IMG/VR virus record: IMGVR_UViG_3300037509_000067
Span: 30,952-94,951 of that record
From: a virus
Direction: 5' to 3' (one strand)
DNA length: 64,000 nt
Shown: piece by piece, positions 34,921 through 44,154 of the stretch
How the letters are laid out: every line of letters starts with the position of its first letter
Numbering within the stretch: the first letter of the stretch is position 1
The notes under the pieces: generated by a model
What the model saw: only the letters and a program-made list of their open reading frames with translations
What the model was told of the DNA's origin: nothing
The model's database searches: none
Program-made: the position numbers and the translations under genes

Positions 34921-37011
34921 TTAGGCTTGCGTTAGGGAAAGGTTATCGACAAGTAGCGTTTGAGATCCACTAGGCGGCATGTATGCAAAAACCTTAGCCG
35001 AAGTATTTGTCGAACCTGTCGTAAATGTAACCGTAGCTAGCACATAATTTGAGTGAGGATCGGGGAAATATACATACTTGTCGGTGCCTCCATACTCGTA
35101 TACTCCTATTGAGCAGGGGGCTTCAGAGGAGGTTCCTTGACACTTCACCCAAGCGCTAAAAACGTAATTAGTATTAGGTTGCAAATTTACAACCATTTGT
35201 TCAAACCAACCGTCTGGAGGACCAGAAATTTTACCGGAATTGCTTCCCGCAAAAACCTCTTCGGGAACGCTTGTAATAGAGGCGTTGCCAACAATAGCCC
35301 AATTGTTGCCGCCATCTTCAAGCCCTGGATTTAACAGTAAATTAGGGTTACTCGTAGGAGTAGGAGTAGGAGTAGGAGTAGGAGTAGGAGTAGGAGTAGG
35401 AGTGGGAGTGGGAGTAGGAGTAGGAGTGGCATTGAAGTTAAGCGGACTGTGGGTAGTTACACAAACTTTCCAAGCCGTATTTGCGTTGCCAGCAAGTGGT
35501 ACGTTGCCCTTGATCGCAAAGTTTAAAGTAGTGCCGTTACTCAGTCGGCGAGGCTTGAGAATTTGTGCTCCATAACCATCTGGATCATAAATTCCCGCAA
35601 GTTGAGCGCCTTGCTGCATTCCTGTGATAGTGAAAATTGTTTCGTCTAACGCTGAGTTGTAGGCAACTTGCACCCTATTATCGCCAGTAATTAAAGCAAT
35701 TTCTGGGGAATTGACAGCAGCAAATTGTTGAATTTTTCCATCAATTGCAGTATCTCGAAGTGCTGGTGTGTCTTTGGTGCCAAGCTGAGTATAGAGGTCT
35801 TGAATTTGACCATCTTGGGTGCTGTTCAAAGTCTGAACTTGGACAATTGTAGAGTCAATTCCGTCTACCCGTGCTTCAATTTGGGTTTGACGAGATCCTG
35901 CTACCGAAATTTGCCCAGTATGATCATCGACAATCGCTTGTAGCCCGACAATGCGACTGCTCTGCTGAGTATCAACTTGTTGAATTGCCGCAATATCGGC
36001 CGTATGACCGTCAATTGCACTCTGCTGCTGAGTATCAACTTGCCGAATTGCGGCGATGTCAGCCGTATGACCGTCAATTGCACTCTGTTGCTGAGTATTG
36101 ACTTGCTGAATTGCTGCAATATCAGCTGTGTGTGTGTCAATTGCGTTCTGTTGTTGAGTATCAACTTGCCGAATTGCGGTGATGTCAGTCGTGTGACTAT
36201 TAATTGCATTCTGCTGGCGTTGATTTTCTGCGATCAGCCCTGCATCAGTATCGTGCAGTCCTTGTAATTCAGCTTCCGTCCCCGGAGAAAAATCAAGCCT
36301 TTCTCCGTCCTGAACAAGTCGTGCCTCATTAGTATCTACAGAAATTGTCCGCCCGACAATGTGTACCGCCCCTTGATCAGCGTAAGGCGTAAAGCGTATC
36401 CAAGGCTCAAATTCAATATCCGTTACCGCGTCGTTAGCGTCTCGGACAGGTTCGGTGTTAACCCTAAAAACCTCATTGGTCTGGTCTACAAAAACTTCAG
36501 TCCCGACCGGAAAATCAAACCCAGGAATCTTTTGACCAGTAGCGCGGTCATAAATGCCGTTTGTGGCTGTATTACTACCATTGACCAGAATCCAGCCACC
36601 ATAAATTGGTGGAGGCGTAGGATAATCAGGGATAGGAACATTGGCTACATCCGCAGGGGTTAGTGCAAGCCCCGCCACTGTATAGTCTCTGGTAACTCCC
36701 CGCTCCCAATTTTCAAATTGTGTTCTAAGGTCACCAATCTCGCCCAGATAATTATCTTGAATTTGACTGAGGTCAGCCCCCACCACCATCTGCTCTTGGT
36801 GGATTGTGCCATCGCGAATCGCGGGTGGTCCAAAAACAAGACGATTTAAGTCTGAACGTAAATCGTGATGAACCTCTAGAGCGTTGCTAATTTTTACAGG
36901 AGAAGCGTTGATCCGATCAAGTGGCGGCATAAGGCAGGGGTTATTTTTTTGATTAAGGGTATTGATTTTTTGGGCGCTGCCGCGTAGAAAACTTGCTCGA
37001 ATTCGCTGCAC
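34921..37011 (-). CDS. Fibre-like virion protein: anchor domain, coiled coil, PT linker and carbohydrate-binding module
   Basis: ILVNGSNTATNGIY; 21-aa repeats; (PT)12; NLLLNPGLEDG...YVFSAWVK...VDNLSL CBM4/9-like end. Confidence 0.75.
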   Translation of the reverse strand: MQRIRASFLRGSAQKINTLNQKNNPCLMPPLDRINASPVKISNALEVHHDLRSDLNRLVFGPPAIRDGTIHQEQMVVGADLSQIQDNYLGEIGDLRTQFENWERGVTRDYTVAGLALTPADVANVPIPDYPTPPPIYGGWILVNGSNTATNGIYDRATGQKIPGFDFPVGTEVFVDQTNEVFRVNTEPVRDANDAVTDIEFEPWIRFTPYADQGAVHIVGRTISVDTNEARLVQDGERLDFSPGTEAELQGLHDTDAGLIAENQRQQNAINSHTTDITAIRQVDTQQQNAIDTHTADIAAIQQVNTQQQSAIDGHTADIAAIRQVDTQQQSAIDGHTADIAAIQQVDTQQSSRIVGLQAIVDDHTGQISVAGSRQTQIEARVDGIDSTIVQVQTLNSTQDGQIQDLYTQLGTKDTPALRDTAIDGKIQQFAAVNSPEIALITGDNRVQVAYNSALDETIFTITGMQQGAQLAGIYDPDGYGAQILKPRRLSNGTTLNFAIKGNVPLAGNANTAWKVCVTTHSPLNFNATPTPTPTPTPTPTPTPTPTPTPTPTSNPNLLLNPGLEDGGNNWAIVGNASITSVPEEVFAGSNSGKISGPPDGWFEQMVVNLQPNTNYVFSAWVKCQGTSSEAPCSIGVYEYGGTDKYVYFPDPHSNYVLATVTFTTGSTNTSAKVFAYMPPSGSQTLLVDNLSLTQA
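35354..35425. repeat. Hexamer tandem repeat (GTAGGA/GTGGGA)x12 encoding the Pro-Thr linker
   Basis: Read directly from sequence. Confidence 0.95.
35962..36213. repeat. 63-bp coding tandem repeat, about 4 units
   Basis: Encodes HT.DI.AI.QV.TQQQ.AID heptad repeats. Confidence 0.9.
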
Positions 37012-37065
37012 ATTACGCCCTAAACATGCTCTTGCAATTCCTACAAGATCTTAAGTAATTGATCG

Positions 37066-37308
37066 TTGACTGTAAAAGAGGTGTCACAAGCTGTGAACGT
37101 AAAACCAGATCAAGTACGTCAACGGATTATTGAATTACGAGAGCAAGCCGGATTATCTCAAGCTAAAGCCGCCAAGCGATTAAATTACTCTCGATCATGC
37201 TTGAGCCAGAAAGAAAGCGGCGATCGCAGAATTTACCTAGAAGATCTATTAAATATGGCGCAAATTTACAATCAACATGTTAGTGAATTTTTCAAAGTCT
37301 CCCAGTAG
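37066..37308 (+). CDS. XRE-family HTH protein
   Basis: RIIELREQAGLSQAKAAKRLNYSRSCLSQKESG. Confidence 0.85.
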   Translation: MTVKEVSQAVNVKPDQVRQRIIELREQAGLSQAKAAKRLNYSRSCLSQKESGDRRIYLEDLLNMAQIYNQHVSEFFKVSQ

Positions 37309-37651
37309 TAACCGGCGAAATAATATCAAGCTCCCATTGTGAAGAATAAGCAATATCACCTTTTAAAAAGACTTTAGCAACTGTTCCCTCTAGGTTATGT
37401 TGCAATTTTGCGCCAAATCCTTCTTGCCCTTCTTTCCAAAACTTTTTGGGGCGGGAATCAGTTGGCAAGCCCGTTACCGTGAAACAGGTTTCTTCTAGCT
37501 CGCTATCGTAAAACCGTTGAACCTGGGTGTCTTCCTCCACTAATTTAATTTGCCAGAGATAGCAAAGGACAGCTGTTCGGCTATAGCCTGTGATTGTATC
37601 TGGCTTGCGGAGGGTTATTGGTTGCTGATAGTTAAAATTTAAGGGGGGCAT
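37292..37651 (-). CDS. Stand-alone paralog of an internal domain of the 696-aa fibre
   Basis: D.+VQ..Y+S.L+ET.FT+TG and G+GA...GT....KG alignment. Confidence 0.65.
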   Translation of the reverse strand: MPPLNFNYQQPITLRKPDTITGYSRTAVLCYLWQIKLVEEDTQVQRFYDSELEETCFTVTGLPTDSRPKKFWKEGQEGFGAKLQHNLEGTVAKVFLKGDIAYSSQWELDIISPVTTGRL

Positions 37652-38115
37652 CAGTCTTGGGTTGGCGTTGTATCCAACAAAAGTGCAGAATCGTCCTCAA
37701 CGTCTTTTAGTGTTGCGACAAAAAAGGCTCCGCCTCGCGGATCGTAGGGGGTAGCAGCCAGCAACTTGTTGCCAGTCGCTTCCCATGCAGTAGTTGCCCC
37801 TTGAGGGAGTGGCTTTCCATTAACTGTCCCTTCCTCCGAGCCAATATTGCTAAAAACTACCCCTTTATACCCTGAGGGGAGAACCCCTGCCGTAGTTGCA
37901 ATAAAATTGTCAGTTTTTTGAAATCCCCCTGGATTGAGTTTGTCGGCTATTGCCGTTGCCAATTGTTCGTAATCTATCCCACTGCGATCGCCTTCTATCT
38001 CCTGGAAGACTTCAAATATCGCCGTTGCTAACCGCCTATCCTCATATCCATATCGCTTGCCATAATGCTGAAATTGCTTTGACATATTTGTAGGCTCTAT
38101 AGATTGCAGAATCAC
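37651..38115 (-). CDS. Hypothetical protein, possibly virion-associated
   Basis: 154 aa, coupled within the inverted cassette. Confidence 0.65.
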   Translation of the reverse strand: MILQSIEPTNMSKQFQHYGKRYGYEDRRLATAIFEVFQEIEGDRSGIDYEQLATAIADKLNPGGFQKTDNFIATTAGVLPSGYKGVVFSNIGSEEGTVNGKPLPQGATTAWEATGNKLLAATPYDPRGGAFFVATLKDVEDDSALLLDTTPTQD

Positions 38116-38393
38116 ACACGCTTGGATTTTGGGAGCAAAACCCCAAGCGATTCAGGAATGAATTCCTCTATAGGAACCCCAAAGATGATCGACATGGCAA
38201 CAACTTCTAGGAATCGCGCCGGACGCTTCCCTAATTCAATTTTGGAAAGAACCTTGCTGCCAAGGATTGAGGGGGCTAACGAGGATTGCTTGAATTCAGC
38301 CGCCTCCCTAATTTGTTTTATCCTGTCTCCCACCGCGTTTGTGCTGCGGATTTCCTGTAGCCGTCCCTCGATAATATGAACGTTCTGCCTCAT
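38112..38393 (-). CDS. XRE-family HTH protein
   Basis: VGDRIKQIREAAEFKQ...LSKIELGKR. Confidence 0.8.
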   Translation of the reverse strand: MRQNVHIIEGRLQEIRSTNAVGDRIKQIREAAEFKQSSLAPSILGSKVLSKIELGKRPARFLEVVAMSIIFGVPIEEFIPESLGVLLPKSKRV

Positions 38394-38538
38394 GACTCTC
38401 TCTTTGTTTTTGGAAGAATTTTAAGTAAACACACCGATTTAAAAATAACTATTCTCCATTTTGGCGAAATTCCACCAACTTGAAAAGCCATTGAACTAGA
38501 ATTCTACTGGCATTCTATATCTAATGTGTTAACTGGTA

Positions 38539-40407
38539 ATGGGTAGAAAGACTACTGATGGCTCCAATGGCGTCGGAGAAAGGGATGCCATCCAGAGGGT
38601 TAATGGGCATAAGAGAAAAGGATTTATTAAGGGAAACGACGCGAAAACCAAAGAAGAAAATAGCGGAATCCCTGCAACACCCCCAGCAGAAATTCCATCA
38701 CAAATAAGTGGGAATGATTCGGGATCTAGTCCCGAATCCAGTTCTGAAGCTGCCCCTGAAGCTGGTTCCACTATTAGTCAAGAAGACTTGCCAGATGGTC
38801 AATTCATCTATAAAAAAAGCGAAATAGACGCAGTTATTTCGGCTGGTATTAGGGCCGGTCAGCAAGGGTATGAGCGCAAACTTGCTGATGCTGAACAGAA
38901 ATTACAGGACGCAGAAGATAGGCGAAATAAAGAATTAAAAGACGCTCAGGAAGAGAAAGAACGCTTAGAGAAGAAACTTGCCGCCGAGCAAAAAGGGCGT
39001 GAATCACTTGCGAGAACGTTTACGGATTTTGGCTTTGCCCTGCCTGGGACTGAGGATACAAATACCAGTAGTTTTATCGCACCCCAATCTACTCGCGGTG
39101 GGATTTCTGCAAGAGATGCTCTTAGAGAATATAAGAGTAGATTGGATGGCGCGCTGAAAGAATCCAGGTCGGTAATGGGTCGCTCTGGACAGCAATTTGC
39201 CCAAAAAGATAACACACTTCTAGACCAATTCTTGAAGGCAAATCGCCAAGCTTTAAGAAGCGCAATGGACTCCGTGGCGCGAGATGCTGGAATTTTCCAA
39301 GGGCGATATGGAGCTTACAACAAAGACGCGCCCACGACATTCGAGAATTTCCCTGTAGTAATCCGAGAGTATTTAAGCCAAGTCGTGCGTCTCGAACATG
39401 CTGCCTCTTTTGTTCTGTGGCAATTTGCCAATAGAAACATTCGAGTCGGTGTTCCCCCAAATCAAACCACGGACATCCCTAGAGTTAAGCATATAACCAC
39501 TGGAACTACTTCCAGTGATTGGAGGCTGACGCCGGGAGTGCCGATCGACACCACCCAGCAGCAATCTCTGCAAGGCGATAATATCTCCCTTAGAATCCAC
39601 GAATACGGTATGGGCAATACGGTTAAGCCAGTTGCCTTAGCAGATATCGTGACTCAGACTAATATCCTGGACTTGGAAAGGCTATTACAGGATCGAATTA
39701 GCTACAATTACCACACTTTTGAAGAGGTAAAAAATCTCGAACTTTTGCTCTCTTCAACTAGGGTTGTTTATCCGGCTAATGGGGGAATTGTTGAAGATCC
39801 GGCTGGAGTGACCCCAGGAAGTGGAGGGCAACTAAGCTTAAGCTTCTTGGGGCATTTGCGCGCCCTGATGTCCAATGTTCCCCCCCTAGATAATGGATGT
39901 CTAATTTTTGTCGGCAACCCATACCATATCTCCCAAATAGAAGACGATATCGAAGGTCGGACTAGATACGTAGATAAAACCTCTATCGAAGACCTAGAAA
40001 ACATGCTTGCCCGTAAAACAAGGAACGACTACTCCGGCAGGATATCGGGATATAAGGGCAAATTCAGGGGCTTTGAGGTCTTCGAGGATACTTTTTTAAG
40101 TAATGGGATTGTGGGGACACCTGGGGTTCAGCTAGAGACTCTTGGAGGCGTTCCTACAATCACTCGTGCCTCTTTTGCGATGGGCGCTGATGCAATTGGC
40201 TGGGGTACGTCTCTCCCAATGGAACTGCGAACAGAAATGCAAAATTATGAGCGAATAAAAAGCATTATTTGGAAGTCCCACGAAGAAGCCACGGGGCTAG
40301 ATATCGATCCAAACCGAATTTTACTCCCTTGGGAAATTGAGAGACCACCCGGCGCGGAAGAGCAGCTGAGAGTTTTCCAGATTCGATCGTCTATGTCTTT
40401 GGTTTAA
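38539..40407 (+). CDS. Scaffold plus major capsid protein in one ORF
   Basis: Acidic/coiled-coil N-terminal ~270 aa, then a capsid-like region; head position before neck genes. Confidence 0.72.
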   Translation: MGRKTTDGSNGVGERDAIQRVNGHKRKGFIKGNDAKTKEENSGIPATPPAEIPSQISGNDSGSSPESSSEAAPEAGSTISQEDLPDGQFIYKKSEIDAVISAGIRAGQQGYERKLADAEQKLQDAEDRRNKELKDAQEEKERLEKKLAAEQKGRESLARTFTDFGFALPGTEDTNTSSFIAPQSTRGGISARDALREYKSRLDGALKESRSVMGRSGQQFAQKDNTLLDQFLKANRQALRSAMDSVARDAGIFQGRYGAYNKDAPTTFENFPVVIREYLSQVVRLEHAASFVLWQFANRNIRVGVPPNQTTDIPRVKHITTGTTSSDWRLTPGVPIDTTQQQSLQGDNISLRIHEYGMGNTVKPVALADIVTQTNILDLERLLQDRISYNYHTFEEVKNLELLLSSTRVVYPANGGIVEDPAGVTPGSGGQLSLSFLGHLRALMSNVPPLDNGCLIFVGNPYHISQIEDDIEGRTRYVDKTSIEDLENMLARKTRNDYSGRISGYKGKFRGFEVFEDTFLSNGIVGTPGVQLETLGGVPTITRASFAMGADAIGWGTSLPMELRTEMQNYERIKSIIWKSHEEATGLDIDPNRILLPWEIERPPGAEEQLRVFQIRSSMSLV

Positions 40408-40416
40408 GCGTTTGAT

Positions 40417-40785
40417 ATGCCCCGTCGTAATTTCAACGAGAATCCACCAGATGAAAATAATTCCGAAACTCAGCAGCCTGAAGCGAAAGAGCAAGAAATT
40501 GCAACTTTAGTAACTGAAGAGGTAGCAAAAGAGTCCAACCATGAATCTCCGCCATCCACTGCGTCAACTATTGTCCTACCTGCTGTCATAGCTCAGTCAA
40601 TGGAAGAAAAACTCCAAAACTTATATCCCACAGATTTTTACAAAAAATCTGGTATTGGTCATTGCTCAGCTTGTGGAGAGCAGAAACGTACTAAAGGCGA
40701 TGGAACGGTGTTTTGTCCTAGCCAGAAAACTCTCACTGAGTGTCCCATGCTCAAGGCGGCAGCGTTAAAAAATGCCATTCAGTAA
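40417..40785 (+). CDS. Head-associated protein with Zn-ribbon motif
   Basis: CSACG...FCP...CP; follows the capsid gene. Confidence 0.6.
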   Translation: MPRRNFNENPPDENNSETQQPEAKEQEIATLVTEEVAKESNHESPPSTASTIVLPAVIAQSMEEKLQNLYPTDFYKKSGIGHCSACGEQKRTKGDGTVFCPSQKTLTECPMLKAAALKNAIQ

Positions 40786-41113
40786 AGCAGATACTTGGCG
40801 AGTTGTAACTGCTCTAAGGCTATCTAGCCTTGCTGAGAAAGAGATTCAAGCCCACCTAGATTCTGTTCAACAACAATCAGAGGAATTAGTTCAACGGGTT
40901 TTGAGGCTTTTGGATCAGATCGAAGAAGCTCAAGAAATACGGCATATCGCCTCTACCGAAGATGCAGGGATATTAGAAGTTCAAGGGGGCAAGGCAGGTA
41001 TTAAATACGATTCGCATCGCTCTTGTTCTATCAAAAACTATCTCGATGAATTGCGTGAAGACCTTGCAAAGTTAATCGGATATCAAATCCAAATAATGAC
41101 ATTTCCCTTCTGA
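40772..41113 (+). CDS. Putative head-tail connector
   Basis: Size, helical content and position. Confidence 0.5.
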   Translation: MPFSKADTWRVVTALRLSSLAEKEIQAHLDSVQQQSEELVQRVLRLLDQIEEAQEIRHIASTEDAGILEVQGGKAGIKYDSHRSCSIKNYLDELREDLAKLIGYQIQIMTFPF

Positions 41114-41115
41114 TT

Positions 41116-41910
41116 ATGCCTGGAAGTTTTAGCGATTACGCAGAAAAGAAAATTCTTGATCATATTTTTGGTGGCGCTCAATTCGCAGTGCCATCACTGT
41201 ATTTAGGTTACTTTATTACCGACGCATCAGAAGAGGGACCCGGAACTGAGCCGGTAGGAAGCGGCTATGAACGGATTGCGGTAGATCCAAGTTACTGGCT
41301 AGCCAGTACTACTCAGATGGTTCAGAATACCAAGGACATTATCTGCCAGCGCACAACAGGCTATCACGGTGATGTAGTAGGGATTGGACTTTTTGATTCT
41401 TCTGTAGGTGGGAACTTCTTGTGTTATTTCCCGGCAGAAAGTTCGGTTCTCGTAGAGGGGCGCGACTCGTTAGTAATTCTCAACGGGGGATTGGTGCATC
41501 AATTTAGCCCTGGGGGATTTAGCAATTACCTAAAAAACGCTGTCCTCAATCACCTCTACAAAGGTATACCCTTGCCGATTTTTCCTACGTTGTTTATCGG
41601 GTACATGTCCACCGCTCCCAGTGATGTAGCACCCGGTGCTGAGCCATCTGGGGGAGGGTATATTCGGCAAGCGATCGCTAATAATAGCGTGAATTTTTCG
41701 GCTACTGGAGGGGGAATCAAAAAAACAGCAACAACAGTACAATTTCCGATTGCGTCAGCCCCTCAAGGGGAAGCTGCTCATCTAGGATTTTGGAGTGCCG
41801 TATCAGGTGGTCAGTTTTTGTCCTATGGAGCGCTCAACCCGTCACGGAGTATTGATATTAGCGATCAATTAATCTTTCTTGCTGGTGATATCAAGGTCAC
41901 CTTGGACTGA
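41116..41910 (+). CDS. Virion structural protein with an internally duplicated domain
   Basis: FSDYAEKKILDHIF..GSGYERIAV and FSNYLKNAVLNHLY..GGGYIRQAI. Confidence 0.75.
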   Translation: MPGSFSDYAEKKILDHIFGGAQFAVPSLYLGYFITDASEEGPGTEPVGSGYERIAVDPSYWLASTTQMVQNTKDIICQRTTGYHGDVVGIGLFDSSVGGNFLCYFPAESSVLVEGRDSLVILNGGLVHQFSPGGFSNYLKNAVLNHLYKGIPLPIFPTLFIGYMSTAPSDVAPGAEPSGGGYIRQAIANNSVNFSATGGGIKKTATTVQFPIASAPQGEAAHLGFWSAVSGGQFLSYGALNPSRSIDISDQLIFLAGDIKVTLD

Positions 41911-42575
41911 TGAGAGTTTACGGTCAAGCAGTAATCGAGTGTATTTCACAAACTTCTGATTTGCCCCCGTCGGTAATTCGGACAATTTATAGCTTGAACT
42001 GCGTAATCGAAAGTGCTACTCAGGCAACAAATGCCTTAGTAGGGCGCGATCGCATTCTTCGGGTATACACGGCTCGATCTGCCGTCCATCTTCGTTCTAG
42101 GGGTCAAGTAAAACGGCATAGCCAAGCGTTGGTGGTTGTTAACGCACCCTCTAAGGCTCGTTGGCTCACGACTATCCCAGCTATCCCCGCGCCAATAGGA
42201 CAGCTATGGCTAGAAGGAAAGCCTCTAAAAAACCGACGCCTTCCTAGGGGGAAATCGCAAACCCTTGCTTTTACTATTTCCGGCAAACGCCTTAAAGGGT
42301 TGCAAATTCAATTTTTCTTGCGAAGCTTAAAAGGAGAAATACTGCTAAGTAAATCAATTTTGGTAGCTCCAGGTGGCGTGGCAATTAATGAACTTGTAGA
42401 TAATGGCAACGGCAGTCAAACTATTGCAGGGTTTATCTTGTTACTTCCTCATGAGACATTTTTTGACTCCTTACCTGGTCGGGAAATTGAAGTAAATTAT
42501 ATTTTTCAAATTGGAAATGACTCTAGTCGAGAGCATTTATTGGAATCAGATTTTATTAATTTTTATACTATTTAA
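41910..42575 (+). CDS. Putative structural protein
   Basis: Coupled within the late operon; Ig-like C-terminus. Confidence 0.6.
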   Translation: MRVYGQAVIECISQTSDLPPSVIRTIYSLNCVIESATQATNALVGRDRILRVYTARSAVHLRSRGQVKRHSQALVVVNAPSKARWLTTIPAIPAPIGQLWLEGKPLKNRRLPRGKSQTLAFTISGKRLKGLQIQFFLRSLKGEILLSKSILVAPGGVAINELVDNGNGSQTIAGFILLLPHETFFDSLPGREIEVNYIFQIGNDSSREHLLESDFINFYTI

Positions 42576-42578
42576 CTT

Positions 42579-42959
42579 ATGCATCGATTTTATCTAGATG
42601 AAGGAGCGATGCCACCATTGAAGGGGGCGGTATTGATGCGTGGCGATTCAATTTCCCTTCAATTGATGATTGTGGAGGAAGGACAAGAAGGGGCATCGTT
42701 CCGATTCACTGCTAAAGCAGCCAGCCAGCATCCAAATGGGGTGCCTCTCATTATCAAAAATAATGCTGATTTCACTATTAACGTTGTCGGCAATGTTCTT
42801 CGGGGAGAATTTGAGATTTTACCTGAAGAAACTAGTTTTGTAACTGAGCGCACGACATTGATATATGACCTTGAACGAACTATCGGAACTGGTAGTATCA
42901 GAAAAGTGAAGACAATTGAGCAAGGGAAATTCTCAATTGTGCCAGATGTTGCTATTTAG
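42579..42959 (+). CDS. BppU-like Ig-fold structural protein
   Basis: MRGDSISL...ILPEET...LIYDLE...TIEQGKFSI. Confidence 0.6.
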   Translation: MHRFYLDEGAMPPLKGAVLMRGDSISLQLMIVEEGQEGASFRFTAKAASQHPNGVPLIIKNNADFTINVVGNVLRGEFEILPEETSFVTERTTLIYDLERTIGTGSIRKVKTIEQGKFSIVPDVAI

Positions 42960-42968
42960 GAGATAAAA

Positions 42969-43106
42969 ATGAGTAACGAAAAGATTATTATTGGTCGGGG
43001 AACAAAGGTTTATGTAGCGCCATTGCCTGAATGTCAGCGGGTTGTTCCGGAGCGCCTAACCTTTACCGTCGATACAGCCGCAGCCTTGGAAGCAACAATC
43101 CAGTAG
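42969..43106 (+). pseudogene. Truncated tail-tube-like gene remnant (45 aa)
   Basis: IIIGRGTKVYVAPLPECQRVVP aligns with the tail tube N-terminus GSGNKVKTFVALLPLGDRTEP. Confidence 0.5.
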
Positions 43107-43195
43107 GAAAAACCCAACTTTGGGATGTGGATTCTGGGGAAAGCTTTTCTGTTATTGTTCCGCCTGAAATTGAAGGAGTAAAATTTTTCTGTTAA

Positions 43196-43543
43196 ATGGA
43201 TAAAGTTATTCTAATTATTGAGGATAATGATTCTATCTCTAGTAATATCAAAGAAATATGCGAGTTAGAGCATTTTGTCTGTCTGCAAGCGCCATCCGCA
43301 GAAACGGGAATTAAGTTAGCCAGTGAAGCTGATTTGATTCTGTGTGACATTCATTTGAATGGAATTTCTGGGTTTGATGCGTATCAAATTCTTCAGTCAA
43401 ATCCGCTTGTTGCATCTAAGCCTTTCTACTTCCTTACAGCTTTAGCTGATTCTGTGACTATAAATAAAATTAATCGCTTAGGGGTTAAATATCTTCTCAA
43501 GCCTTTTAAAATACAGGAATTAATAGACATCATCAGTCAATAG
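43196..43543 (+). CDS. Single-domain response regulator (receiver only)
   Basis: ILIIEDN, LILCD (phospho-Asp), FLTA and LLKPF all intact. Confidence 0.9.
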   Translation: MDKVILIIEDNDSISSNIKEICELEHFVCLQAPSAETGIKLASEADLILCDIHLNGISGFDAYQILQSNPLVASKPFYFLTALADSVTINKINRLGVKYLLKPFKIQELIDIISQ

Positions 43544-43556
43544 CCAATAATAAATT

Positions 43557-43940
43557 ATGTCCCGTTCTCCATTCCAGAAATATGCCAATGCTTTCTTAAC
43601 TTTAGAAATCCCTACGGGAGGGCTGCGAGTTGATGAAGAGACAGGAAATTACTTGCCGATTTGTGAAAAGATATCAATTCAGACAATTATGTCAGTCGCC
43701 AGAGATCCAACAGAGCGATCGCTTCCGGGTGTAGATGCAAATTCAATTTACCTAGAAGGTTGTTTAGTAAACCCTAAGCAGTTTCCGATAGGCATTCAGC
43801 CGCCACTGGAATGTGAGGCTGTAGTAGACGGGCGCAAAGGGCGATTAAAGTTGGCGATCGCGATAAGAACAGGCATTGACAGGATGGTTGAAAAAAAGAC
43901 TGGTCAAGTAGTTCAAGGGTATTTCAACGTAATTGGCTGA
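43557..43940 (+). CDS. Putative head-closure/neck protein
   Basis: Size and position. Confidence 0.55.
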   Translation: MSRSPFQKYANAFLTLEIPTGGLRVDEETGNYLPICEKISIQTIMSVARDPTERSLPGVDANSIYLEGCLVNPKQFPIGIQPPLECEAVVDGRKGRLKLAIAIRTGIDRMVEKKTGQVVQGYFNVIG

Positions 43941-43952
43941 CCAATGCTTGGG

Positions 43953-44132
43953 TTAATAGCCTAGGAATGAACGTAAGAAAACAAAAAGTAAAATCCAAAA
44001 TGAAATTGCTAAAAACATTCCCCATGATATTTGATGAACCAAACCCTTTCTCAACGTTTCTATCTCTTTGCGAATTGCCCTTAGCTCTTGTAGGGTAGGG
44101 TTGTCTTCTGGATTTCTTGGTGGTCTAGTCAT
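43953..44132 (-). CDS. Small membrane protein (59 aa), inverted
   Basis: MTRPPRNPEDNPTLQELRAIRKEIETLRKG plus hydrophobic C-terminus; translated by hand. Confidence 0.55.
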   Translation of the reverse strand: MTRPPRNPEDNPTLQELRAIRKEIETLRKGLVHQISWGMFLAISFWILLFVFLRSFLGY

Positions 44133-44154
44133 ATCTTAAGTTTTAATTAAAAAG

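Noticed and set aside
35962-36213. 63-bp repeats as a CRISPR array
   Set aside because: Contiguous in-frame coding repeats with no unique spacers and no cas genes.
35137-36663. Several plus-strand ORFs over the fibre gene, including the VG-repeat ORF
   Set aside because: Products of repeat-driven stop-codon avoidance on the opposite strand.
37066-38393. XRE genes as Aca markers of anti-CRISPR genes
   Set aside because: Neighbours look structural and no Acr family was recognisable; HTH adjacency alone is insufficient.
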